DNA from: Macrostomum lignano
Taxonomy: Eukaryota
Length of the DNA: 64,000 nucleotides
Direction of reading: 5' to 3'
Assembly (NCBI GenBank): GCA_002269645.1
Contig: NIVC01002087.1
Location: forward strand, 62,001 to 126,000
The stretch's first letter is position 1; each line of letters opens with the position of its first letter. Below, piece by piece: positions 22,886 through 33,700 of the stretch. The notes under the pieces were generated by a model, which was not told where the DNA came from, ran no database searches, and saw nothing but the letters and a program-made list of their open reading frames with translations. The translations under genes and the position numbers were made by a program.

Positions 22886-23686
22886 TTAAATTACAGTTCT
22901 TTTTTCTTTGCTGATAATCACAAACTGGTAAGGCTGATTCCACTTGTCATAGCAAAGATTAACGAATTCTTCTTGTGAAATCTTTCTGCTTGAGTTTTTT
23001 GTTGGATTTATGAAATAGGCAGGCGCAATGACCTCATTGTAAAATCTTTTTAACCTGTCCTGTGGAATGGTTGGAAACAGGAGAATCAGATTGCAGTTCC
23101 CGCGAATTGTTTTGTTCGGGAGCTCGAACCAATTCTGTGCAATGTAAATTACATTGCAATTGTTATGTCGCCCTCTTGTAAAATAGTTTTCTATCTGCTT
23201 CTGTGGGCCTGTCATACAATCATCAAAGACGATCAAATGCTTTCTCCCATTTTCTAGCTCATCTGGTTGGGGTAGAAGTTTGGTCTTTGGATCAGCCTGT
23301 GGATCTCCATAGGTGAACACTTTAATGTTCTGCCATTTTTCATTGTCTTTGAGGTGCTTTGCATATTCGGCAGCTACAATTTCAGGGTTACTGGGAAGGC
23401 TCATTTGGTTATTAAAACATGCAATAATGTCCTCTTTGTTCAGCTTGTTTTGAAGCCCTGCAATCAGCATTCTATACTCATCTTGATACAGTGTGGGAGA
23501 GTAGATGTGCAGAGTGTCATAGTCGATAAATCCAGGTCTAAGAAGCATGTTAAAGACTCTGAATGTTTTACCTGAACCTGACGAACCAACAACAATGCAT
23601 CTGAAGTGACTCGGGATTGACTCATGATGAGAAAACTTAATCTGATTACGCGTCCAGTGAGGATTGAAGTCGTTTGAAAAGTCCAT
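22886..23686 (-). CDS. A32/FtsK-like genome-packaging ATPase
   Basis: Walker A GSSGSGKT, Walker B LIVFDD, FTRGRH, IYIAQ, IRGN. Intact. Confidence 0.95.
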   Translation of the reverse strand: MDFSNDFNPHWTRNQIKFSHHESIPSHFRCIVVGSSGSGKTFRVFNMLLRPGFIDYDTLHIYSPTLYQDEYRMLIAGLQNKLNKEDIIACFNNQMSLPSNPEIVAAEYAKHLKDNEKWQNIKVFTYGDPQADPKTKLLPQPDELENGRKHLIVFDDCMTGPQKQIENYFTRGRHNNCNVIYIAQNWFELPNKTIRGNCNLILLFPTIPQDRLKRFYNEVIAPAYFINPTKNSSRKISQEEFVNLCYDKWNQPYQFVIISKEKRTVI

Positions 23687-23726
23687 TTTTTTCTATGATG
23701 AAAAAAATAATTAAATAATAAATAAT

Positions 23727-23910
23727 TTAGATGTGTCATTTCGGGACTTAGATGTGTCATTTTGGGACTTAGATGTGTCATTTTGGGACTTAGATGTGTC
23801 ATTTTGGGACTTAGATGTGTCATTTTGGGACTTAGATGTGTCATTTTGGTACTTAATTGTGTCATTTTGGGACTTAGATGTGTCATTTTGGGACTTAGAT
23901 GTGTCATTTT
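23727..23910. repeat. 21-bp tandem repeat x~9 inside the Polinton
   Basis: (TTAGATGTGTCATTTTGGGAC)n between the ATPase start and the neighbouring gene. Confidence 0.95.
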
Positions 23911-23958
23911 GAGACTAGTCTTGTACCTTTACATTTCTTGTACCCTCGGAAAGTACCT

Positions 23959-24348
23959 TTAGTCAAATTTGAAACCACTTCCTTTTTTAATGCTAGCTCT
24001 CATCTTCTCATAGACTGCAGGGTCCACACTGTCTGGATTTGGGGCCAGCGGGGCCAGCGGGGCCAGTGGAGGTTGAATCTCTTGTTTAGGTGTTACAGTA
24101 TCCTTTATCTTTTTGGCTGCTGTGGCTACACTGCCAGCCGCTTCGGCAACGTTCTTGATGTTCTCTTTGTTCTCTCCAATGACCTTAAAAATCTTGGCCC
24201 CCTGAGCGATCAAATCAGCAAGGCCATTCCCAGAGCGTTCTTTTCTTGGATAGTGGCCTGCAGGGAAAAGTCCAGATCCGCGTTTAATGAGATTAAGTTC
24301 CTCTTTGTCATAGTATTTGTCAATGTCTTTTTCGAAAATAAGAGGCAT
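23959..24348 (-). CDS. Small basic core-protein candidate with three GxG motifs, 129 aa
   Basis: ATG after an A-run; KRGSGL, RSGNGL, KKGSGF. Confidence 0.7.
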   Translation of the reverse strand: MPLIFEKDIDKYYDKEELNLIKRGSGLFPAGHYPRKERSGNGLADLIAQGAKIFKVIGENKENIKNVAEAAGSVATAAKKIKDTVTPKQEIQPPLAPLAPLAPNPDSVDPAVYEKMRASIKKGSGFKFD

Positions 24349-24364
24349 TTTTACTTGAAATAAA

Positions 24365-25576
24365 TTATTTTTTGTTGAACCGCGAAAGCAGAAGCTCTCT
24401 CGCCCTCTTATCGATGTATTTTCTCTCAAGCATTTTGTCCAGGATGTTGACAAATTCTTTTCTATTCTCGTCTTTCATTCCGGTCTTTGCCGCTCCTAGA
24501 AGAACAGCTAACCGCTTGTAGAATTCAGGCATGCCTTTTCCGGAAGAGCTTGGTGGTGATTCGAATGATTGGTCAGAGAAGGATGTTCCTGGTGAGGGTT
24601 GCTGTAGCCTAGGTGTGAATACTCTGTCATTGATTCGCTTCATTCGTTCTGGGGAGAACTGTTCTAATTGTCGCCAAGTATCAGGGTTTGTATCTTTGTA
24701 CTGCGAAACAAGAATCGGGTCTACAGTGTCAAGTTGATCAAGTACTTGTTCAACCTGGGTTTTTTGTTGCTGTGGCGGTGGAGGTTGTTGTGGTTGTGGT
24801 TGTGTTTGTGGTTGCTGCTGTTGTGGTTGTTGTAGTTGTTGTTTTGGTTGCTGTTTTGGTTGTTGTGGCGGTTGTGGTTGTTGTGTTTGTTGTCTTATGA
24901 CCTCTTCTTGATCCGGCAAACCAAACCATTGTTTAAAGTATTTATATTTTTTACAATTGTTCAAGACAATCCCGTTTTCATGTAAAATTTTCAAAACACC
25001 GTTGTTCTTGAGAATGTCTATGTCCCTATCGAGAGCAAAGGTAACAAGATCTTTGTAATTTTTTAGCTGCTTCTCGGATCTTTTTTCCTGATTTTTAGTC
25101 ATGTAATCAAGTAAAGTTTGAGTGAAGGGGATTCGTTTAGTTTCTGCGCCTTTATTGATTGAAATAGTTTCCTTCGTCACTTCAATGTTGTAATCCGCCG
25201 GTTCCCCGGTAATATTTTTTCGCCAGTCGCTAATTCCAAAAATATATTTTCCATCATCCAATACGGGGCCAAAAAAGTTATCCTTCACATTCATCTGCAC
25301 TGGTTGTCCTGGTTGCTGAGCCTGTGGTTGTCCCGGTGAAGATGGGATTTTACCCAATGTGTTTTGCAAGTGGCTCTCTTGAATATCATCAACTGCTTCC
25401 TTCACAGTGTCGAGGTTTTTCTTCGCTTCTGTGTATCCGGGTTTGTGAAATTCGGTGGCTGCTTGGACGAATTCATTGTAGGATTGTTGCTCCTTATTTA
25501 TTAGCCCGGTAACTCGTTTCTCTGCTTGTGCTAGCTTCTCCAATTCAGATATCTGCTGTGTACTTTTTCGCTTCAT
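24365..25576 (-). CDS. Polinton conserved protein, 403 aa, Q/P-rich linker
   Basis: C-terminal GKG...KRLAVLLGAAKTG...EFVNILDKM resembles a helical motif common in Polinton accessory proteins. Confidence 0.75.
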   Translation of the reverse strand: MKRKSTQQISELEKLAQAEKRVTGLINKEQQSYNEFVQAATEFHKPGYTEAKKNLDTVKEAVDDIQESHLQNTLGKIPSSPGQPQAQQPGQPVQMNVKDNFFGPVLDDGKYIFGISDWRKNITGEPADYNIEVTKETISINKGAETKRIPFTQTLLDYMTKNQEKRSEKQLKNYKDLVTFALDRDIDILKNNGVLKILHENGIVLNNCKKYKYFKQWFGLPDQEEVIRQQTQQPQPPQQPKQQPKQQLQQPQQQQPQTQPQPQQPPPPQQQKTQVEQVLDQLDTVDPILVSQYKDTNPDTWRQLEQFSPERMKRINDRVFTPRLQQPSPGTSFSDQSFESPPSSSGKGMPEFYKRLAVLLGAAKTGMKDENRKEFVNILDKMLERKYIDKRARELLLSRFNKK

Positions 25577-25606
25577 TTCTTATTTTATTTTATTTTTAGT
25601 TAAAAA

Positions 25607-26902
25607 ATGAACGACCCACTGACACCAGTTTTCTACAAAATTAACAAGCCTATTTTGAGTGATGATAGCACAATCAAAGCGACTCAGGTAAGAGTTCCCA
25701 GTCAGGAAAATCAGAATGAAACTAATCTTGGTCCTGGTCAAACACTGACATTTACATACAATGGATGTTCGTCTTTGGTTAGTGTGCACAGTCTAAGGAG
25801 CGGCTTCTATATGACGTATCAATTCAAAACTAAAGGAGGCGCAGACGCCGCTCATGCTAATGATGATCTACACAATGCGGATGTCGCACTAACCAGTAAT
25901 TTCTGGGCTTATATGTTCAAAGAGTTTAATGTGTCCAATGGAAGTACAGAGTTGGAAAGAATAGCAAACTTTGGTGTGGTCTATGATACCCAGTGCTTGA
26001 TTGAGAACCCGGATTTTATTCAGATGGGGAGCGGTGCTGGATTCATCCCCAATGAACAGACAGGAGATGAGAATGACCCTGGTTACAAAAAGAGAAAGGA
26101 GAGATACAACTATGCTCTTGTTGGTGAGAACGATGCTGCTAAGAATCCGCTGTTTAGGTCTGTAGATATTTTTGTACCTTTGAGGTTTATGAGTGGTTTC
26201 TGTAATAGTTTCAATCGGTTGACAAGCAACTTTAGCTACACATTTAGACTGACTAGAGATGATCGGAATAGAGGAATTTGGTCGGGGGCCAATCATACAT
26301 CGATGGAGATTAAGCTAACTGGCGTGGAGCTGTACTTAGAAATTATTGAGCCCAAGACTGCACTCAAAGCTGAATACTTGAAGGCGATTGAGAAAGACAT
26401 TGATGTTGCTTATACAGCTTATATGTGCAGAGATGAGCGGAATGACGCAAGACACAATATTTGCATTAAAGAAGGCTCCTGTAGCAATCCAAGGTACATT
26501 ATTGTCACTATGAGGAATACAACTAATGTAGGTAGATATCTACATGGAAACATTCGATCGATTCAACATGAGATCAGTGACAATTTATACCCTGCATTGC
26601 CACAAAATGGGAATTTCTCGGAGAACAAGATTAGTAAGTTTTACAATGAACTGTCGGACTTGGCTGTCAAAGAGAATAACGGTATTGTTTTGACAACATT
26701 GCAGTATAAAAAACTATATCCAATATTTGGTGTTGATGTGACTGCTAGACAAATGCCTACAGACAATAGCCCTGTTAACATTGTGACTAATATCGAGCGG
26801 AAAGAATTTGGTGCCGCAACGGCTGTTGATCTGTTTATTATCTATGCATTTGAGAGGAAGATCAAGGTCAATATGATCAACAACTCGTCTAGTAAAGTTT
26901 GA
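25607..26902 (+). CDS. Major capsid protein (double jelly-roll, hexon-like)
   Basis: 431 aa, beta-rich; DDSTI, VPLRFMSGF, PRYII, LYP, YPIFGVDVTARQ match the Polinton MCP pattern; adjacent to the mCP. Confidence 0.85.
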   Translation: MNDPLTPVFYKINKPILSDDSTIKATQVRVPSQENQNETNLGPGQTLTFTYNGCSSLVSVHSLRSGFYMTYQFKTKGGADAAHANDDLHNADVALTSNFWAYMFKEFNVSNGSTELERIANFGVVYDTQCLIENPDFIQMGSGAGFIPNEQTGDENDPGYKKRKERYNYALVGENDAAKNPLFRSVDIFVPLRFMSGFCNSFNRLTSNFSYTFRLTRDDRNRGIWSGANHTSMEIKLTGVELYLEIIEPKTALKAEYLKAIEKDIDVAYTAYMCRDERNDARHNICIKEGSCSNPRYIIVTMRNTTNVGRYLHGNIRSIQHEISDNLYPALPQNGNFSENKISKFYNELSDLAVKENNGIVLTTLQYKKLYPIFGVDVTARQMPTDNSPVNIVTNIERKEFGAATAVDLFIIYAFERKIKVNMINNSSSKV

Positions 26903-26924
26903 ATAATTTTTTTTCAATAAAAAA

Positions 26925-27782
26925 ATGGAAGCCATAGCCGAAAGACTAAACAACATTGTTTCACACTCTAAGGAGAGCATTCCAATCACTGTAGCGGGTC
27001 GCATTACTGAGTCAAACGGAATCTTCATTCAAAAATTGGAGCAACCACTTCGTTTGGATCCCGAGGCGAATTACCACGTCTATCTCAATGATTTCACTGG
27101 GTGGTCAAATGTTCCCAATGTGACAGCGGAAAATAACAAGTTTTATTACAAATGGAAGCGTACTACAACAGAGGTTGTGATATTTCCTGTCAGCACACAG
27201 AGCGTGGATACTTATAATTACTTCTTGGAGAACGTCTTCACTAAACGAAAGCATTTTGAGATACCGGATGAAAGCAAACCAGAAAATAAACTGTTCCCTG
27301 TTAGATTAACTTATGATCTAACTGTCATGAGAGTTGTCTTGCAAGTTCATAAGGACGCAGAGGTAGAGTTTAAAGATGACACTTGGTATCGCGAGTTGGG
27401 ATTTGAAAAGAGAGTTTATGGTGGCGCCACAGACCAAAGCCCGCTGCAGGCGCCTGGCACTGTTGCTGTGTCCCGGCTAATATCCGGTATGTACTTGGCG
27501 CCAAATATCGCTGACATTGTCAAAGGTTTGAATATATTAATTCGTAGCAATCTGAGCCATGATTGGATATTCAAAGGCAAACGAACCAACATACTTTTTA
27601 ACATTTCAAACTCTGTTGCTGGTGGCAAAATGCTTGTGCAAAAGCCAAACCCCGTGAAAAGAGTGATTCTGAGTAATAGAGAGATACATGAAATCGTTCT
27701 GCAGTTTGAAACAGAGGATGGAGTTGGTGTCGATTTTAACGGGGAAGAGTTTGTGCTAACAATTATTATTGAGAGAATGTGA
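26925..27782 (+). CDS. Minor capsid protein (penton, single jelly-roll)
   Basis: PNVTAENNKFYY, ELGF, ILIRSNL, VDFNGEEFVLTIII match the Polinton mCP pattern. Confidence 0.85.
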   Translation: MEAIAERLNNIVSHSKESIPITVAGRITESNGIFIQKLEQPLRLDPEANYHVYLNDFTGWSNVPNVTAENNKFYYKWKRTTTEVVIFPVSTQSVDTYNYFLENVFTKRKHFEIPDESKPENKLFPVRLTYDLTVMRVVLQVHKDAEVEFKDDTWYRELGFEKRVYGGATDQSPLQAPGTVAVSRLISGMYLAPNIADIVKGLNILIRSNLSHDWIFKGKRTNILFNISNSVAGGKMLVQKPNPVKRVILSNREIHEIVLQFETEDGVGVDFNGEEFVLTIIIERM

Positions 27783-27843
27783 GTCGTCTTCAGACTTGTA
27801 AAATTACGATATAAGCCGCCAGGTACAACCGTGTAGTTGGCTA

Positions 27844-28080
27844 CTACAACTGCCTTATAACTTCAGCAAAGTTATAGTAGCTGTCAAAATTGTTAATGAC
27901 TACTCCGTGTTTTTCAAACCAGTGAGATTTAAGTGCTTGATTAATATTAGGGACATTGATATCAACGTCGGGTCAATATTTTCTCATGTATTCGCTGCAT
28001 TCTAGTTTGCATTGGTACTTACTCTTGTAATTAGGCTCGTGCGCTTTGTAATAAGAACCTGGAGAGACAACTGGAAACAT
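27844..28080 (-). pseudogene. Right-TIR paralog of the 80-aa protein with an in-frame TGA at codon 36
   Basis: Manual translation MFPVVSPGSYYKAHEPNYKSKYQCKLECSEYMRKY*PDVDINVPNINQALKSHWFEKHGVVINNFDSYYNFAEVIRQL*. Not in the ORF track. Confidence 0.85.
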
Positions 28081-28545
28081 TTTTATTGAGAATTAATTTT
28101 TTTTCAAAGGGTAAGGACCCTGCGCTGATGATTTAAAGTCTTTGGGATGTGGTAGCACGTTGCGGATTGAATGTGGGGAGAAGAATTCAGATTATTTTCT
28201 GATTGTTTCGAAGATGCTATGGGTGGATTTGGAGCTGTTATGCTCAGAGCATAAACCCTCAGAGCATAACAGTAGGACACCTGTTATGCTCTGATTCTGT
28301 CAGGGATAATATGGATGGATTTAATGGGATTATGGAGGACGTTTTGTGAGCAAGTGCGACCCCCCTTTTTTTCTGATTCTGTCAGGGATAATATGGATGG
28401 ATTTAAGTGGATTATGGAGGACGTTTTGTGAGCGAGTGCGACCCCCCTTTTTTTCTGATTCTGTCAGGGATAATATGGATGGATTTAGGCGGATTATGGA
28501 GGAGGTGAAAAATTTTGTCCCAGAAGCCCCCTCATGCATTCTACT
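27844..28545 (-). repeat. Right TIR of the Polinton
   Basis: Inverted counterpart of 13034-13744. Confidence 0.9.
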
Positions 28546-29248
28546 AGGGTCAGGCGGACTGACGTCCATCTGAAAAACAATTAGAAATTTCCAAGGGCCA
28601 AATTAAGCTTATATCATAAATACGTATATTGTGGGCGTTGGGTCCGTGGGTTGAATGCAATGACAGATACGCTCGTAAAATCCAATTTCATCTTAAATAT
28701 TTTTATAAAACCATAATTCAAGACAAGTCGTTTCGTCCCAAGCTGCACTTACAAGTTTATCAAGCTAGACTACTTCCATGAACTGCTACCCATCAAACTT
28801 CAGCTGTTTTTCTCTGTTTTTTGTTATAATTTTTTCTAGCGAGAATTTTCCGGATTTAATTCTTGATAAAACTTGTCTATGGCCAAAGCCCCTTTCAGCT
28901 CTGCGAAAAATAACAAGTCCTTGCAAAAAACTGCTGTATTATGAGTGATGTCGTTCTCCGATAGTACTCTTAGACTTTTTCAATTTTATTTGTAATAATA
29001 ATTATTATTAATTAACATGCTTAGTGAAATAACGTTCACTGAAAGGGTGCTGATTTTTTATATTTTATGCCATTCGATACTCGACCCACTCGGAAAAATT
29101 TGTGTCCTTCAGCAAAACGCTTAACTCTGCATTGCTTCAGTTCACCCAGCTGCAAAATGGGTGCCAGCATTAGCTGGGGTAATTGAGAGTGTGTGTGGCG
29201 ACCTCATAGTCCTTGGACTGAACAGCCGTACGCAGCCTTCAGATGCGC

Positions 29249-29300
29249 CTCGCAATAGCTGCGGCTGAGCTGTCGGTTGCACATCAGACCATTAAGGGAA
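29249..29300 (+). repeat. Fragment of the SINE body seen at 41480-41624
   Basis: CGCAATAGCTGCGGCTGAGCTGTCGGTTGCACATC is shared. Confidence 0.65.
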
Positions 29301-29938
29301 GGTGCAGTCAATGTCAAATTCTTGATAGACAATTTCTCGGGCATACTTTCGGTTGAGTTGTAGCATTTGAAGCTGCAGTAAAATTGACTCCAGCATTGCA
29401 AAACTCTCTACCATTTTCCCTCCAGTGTCTCGTAAATCCCAGTTCAAAACTGGCTTGGTGTAAACCTCACTTAAAACTGAGTCTCCGACAAGTCTTGAGA
29501 TGATGGAGTCTGGGCAACTCATGCTTTTCATTCGGAATTCAAGAGGTTTGATGTATTGAACTTAGTGCGTTTGTAGCGTCCTCTAAATTCAGTTGTTGAA
29601 GCCTGACGTAACAGTAATTTAGTTTTAATTAGCTACTTGTACTGTAAAATAACAATTTATCAATAATATAGTCACAACACATGGGGAGAGAGAATCGCCA
29701 TTAAAAAATTAGATGTTTCTTAGAATGCGATACGGTATTTAGGAGCAGGCGTGTCGTTAAAATTCAATTCACCTGATTAAAGCTGGATAATAGTATCGTA
29801 GTAAATAGTCAGTTCTTTAGAATTCTACAAGCGTAACTCGTAAGTAGTCCGCTGTTGCCAAGGATATTGATGCGCATCACAGACAGCTTTGGGTTATTTC
29901 ATCCTGAATGGGAGAAATGTGAGCATTGCGAGATCTAA

Positions 29939-30703
<765 letters not shown>

Positions 30704-30772
30704 CACTCACCAAATCGCATCCCTCATCTCTTTCCTCTTCATCTCGCAGTCCATGATGCTGTAGCAGCCGCT

Positions 30773-33700
30773 TCAACATGACAGCCTGGTAGTTACAAAC
30801 TGACTCGATGTGGGACAGCCTGTTTTTTGTAGTCAATTGGCGGTACATTTATTTAACCCGGATTTTTCGCACCTGTGCTAAACTATTAACTCAAAGAAAA
30901 TTCTTTTCTATGCTTCAACATGCCTATGTTTAGCTCGCACCTGCTCTGCTGATTCTGCAGCTCCGACAGGTAGCGCCGATTCAGGCTCATCTCGGCCTGA
31001 AAGTTGGTCCGCTGAAACTCCTCTAACAGCTGCATGCGTTGAAGACGCCGCTCTGTGCTTTCCATGACTACCTGCTCAGCATCGGTGGCCTGATGCTGCT
31101 GCTGTGACTCCGTCTGAGGTCCACCGCTACCTCGTGCGGACTTCTTGACAGAACGACCGATGCGACGGGCGAAGCATAGAATACGGTTCCACAGGCTGGC
31201 CATCTGGGGAGAGGCAGTGAGAGAAGCATTGCGAAGGGGTAGCTCAGCGACCATTGGGGTAGCTCAGTGACCATTGGGGTAGCTCAGTGACCATTGGGGT
31301 AGCTCAGTGACCATTGGGGTAGCTCAGTGACCATTGGGGTAGCTCAGTGACCATTGGGTAGCTCAGTGACCATTGGGGTAGCTCAGTGACCATTGGGGTA
31401 GCTCAGCGACCATTGGGGTATCTCAGTGACCATTGGGTAGCTCAGTGACCATTGGGGTAGCTCAGTGACCATTGGGGTAGCTCAGTGACCATTGGGGTAG
31501 CTCAGTGACCATTGGGGTAGCTCAGTGACCATTGGGGTAGCTCAGTGACCATTGGGGTAGCTCAGTGACCATTGGGGTAGCTCAGTGACCATTGGGGTAG
31601 CTCAGTGACCATTGGGGTAGCTCAGTGACCATTGGGGTAGCTCAGTCCAGTGTCTAGTCCAGTGTCTAGAGTCCAGTGTCTAGAGTCCAGTGTCTAGAGT
31701 CCAGTGTCTAGAGTCCAGTGTCTAGAGTCCAGTGTCTAGAGTCCAGTGTCTAGAGTCCAGTGTCTAGAGTCCAGTGTCTAGAGTCCAGTGTCTAGAGTCC
31801 AGTGTCTAGAGTCCAGTGTCTAGAGTCCAGTGTCTAGAGTCCAGTGTCTAGAGTCCAGTGTCTAGAGTCCAGTGTCTAGATTCCAGTGTCTAGAGTCCAG
31901 TGTCTAGAGTCCAGTGTCTAGAGTCCAGTGTCTATAGAGTCCAGTGTCTAGAGTCCAGTGTCTATAAACTCCAGTGTCTAGAGTCCAGTGTCTAGAGTCC
32001 AGTGTCTATAGAGTCCAGTGTCTAGAGTCCAGTGTCTAGAGTCCAGTGTCTAGAGTCCAGTGTCTAGAGTCCAGTGTCTAGAGTCCAGTGTCTAGAGTCC
32101 AGTGTCTAGAGTCCAGTGTCTAGAGTCCAGTGTCTAGAGTCCAGTGTCTAGAGTCCAGTGTCTAGAGTCCAGTGTCTAGAGTCCAGTGTCTAGAGTCCAG
32201 TGTCTAGAGTCCAGTGTCTAGAGTCCAGTGTCTAGAGTCCAGTGTCTAGAGTCCAGTGTCTAGAGTCCAGTGTCTAGAGTCCAGTGTCTAGAGTCCAGTG
32301 TCTAGAGTCCAGTGTCTAGAGTCCAGTGTCTAGAGTCCAGTGTCTAGAGTCCAGTGTCTAGAGTCCAGTGTCTAGAGTCCAGTGTCTAGAGTCCAGTGTC
32401 TAGAGTCCAGTGTCTAGAGTCCAGTGTCTAGAGTCCAGTGTCTAGAGTCCAGTGTCTAGAGTCCAGTGTCTAGAGTCCAGTGTCTAGAGTCCAGTGTCTA
32501 GAGTCCAGTGTCTAGAGTCCAGTGTCTAGAGTCCAGTGTCTAGAGTCCAGTGTCTAGAGTCCAGTGTCTAGAGTCCAGTGTCTAGAGTCCAGTGTCTAGA
32601 GTCCAGTGTCTAGAGTCCAGTGTCTAGAGTCCAGTGTCTAGAGTCCAGTGTCTAGAGTCCAGTGTCTAGAGTCCAGTGTCTAGAGTCCAGTGTCTAGAGT
32701 CCAGTGTCTAGAGTCCAGTGTCTAGAGTCCAGTGTCTAGAGTCCAGTGTCTAGAGTCCAGTGTCTAGAGTCCAGTGTCTAGAGTCCAGTGTCTATAGAGT
32801 CCAGTGTCTAGAGTCCAGTGTCTATAAACTCCAGTGTCTAGAGTCCAGTGTCTAGAGTCCAGTGTCTATAGAGTCCAGTGTCTAGAGTCCAGTGTCTAGA
32901 GTCCAGTGTCTAGAGTCCAGTGTCTAGAGTCCAGTGTCTAGAGTCCAGTGTCTAGAGTCCAGTGTCTAGAGTCCAGTGTCTAGAGTCCAGTGTCTAGAGT
33001 CCAGTGTCTAGAGTCCAGTGTCTAGAGTCCAGTGTCTAGAGTCCAGTGTCTAGAGTCCAGTGTCTAGAGTCCAGTGTCTAGAGTCCAGTGTCTAGAGTCC
33101 AGTGTCTAGAGTCCAGTGTCTAGAGTCCAGTGTCTAGAGTCCAGTGTCTAGAGTCCAGTGTCTAGAGTCCAGTGTCTAGAGTCCAGTGTCTAGAGTCCAG
33201 TGTCTAGAGTCCAGTGTCTAGAGTCCAGTGTCTAGAGTCCAGTGTCTAGAGTCCAGTGTCTAGAGTCCAGTGTCTAGAGTCCAGTGTCTAGAGTCCAGTG
33301 TCTAGAGTCCAGTGTCTAGAGTCCAGTGTCTAGAGTCCAGTGTCTAGAGTCCAGTGTCTAGAGTCCAGTGTCTAGAGTCCAGTGTCTAGAGTCCAGTGTC
33401 TAGAGTCCAGTGTCTAGAGTCCAGTGTCTAGAGTCCAGTGTCTAGAGTCCAGTGTCTAGAGTCCAGTGTCTAGAGTCCAGTGTCTAGAGTCCAGTGTCTA
33501 GAGTCCAGTGTCTAGAGTCCAGTGTCTAGAGTCCAGTGTCTAGAGTCCAGTGTCTAGAGTCCAGTGTCTAGAGTCCAGTGTCTAGAGTCCAGTGTCTAGA
33601 GTCCAGTGTCTAGAGTCCAGTGTCTAGAGTCCAGTGTCTAGAGTCCAGTGTCTAGAGTCCAGTGTCTAGAGTCCAGTGTCTAGAGTCCAGTGTCTAGAGT

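Larger units (their letters stand above)
13034..28545. mobile_element. Full-length Polinton/Maverick (adintovirus-like endogenous dsDNA virus), 15,512 bp
   Basis: Termini AGTAGAATGC.../...GCATTCTACT. Identical 6-bp TSD AGGGTC at 13028-13033 and 28546-28551. pPolB, INT, protease, ATPase, MCP and mCP present. Confidence 0.97.

Noticed and set aside
14936-27628. Short antisense or alternate-frame ORFs over Polinton genes (e.g. 17151, 22070, 24688, 25889, 27416)
   Set aside because: They are shadows of well-supported genes and carry no motifs.
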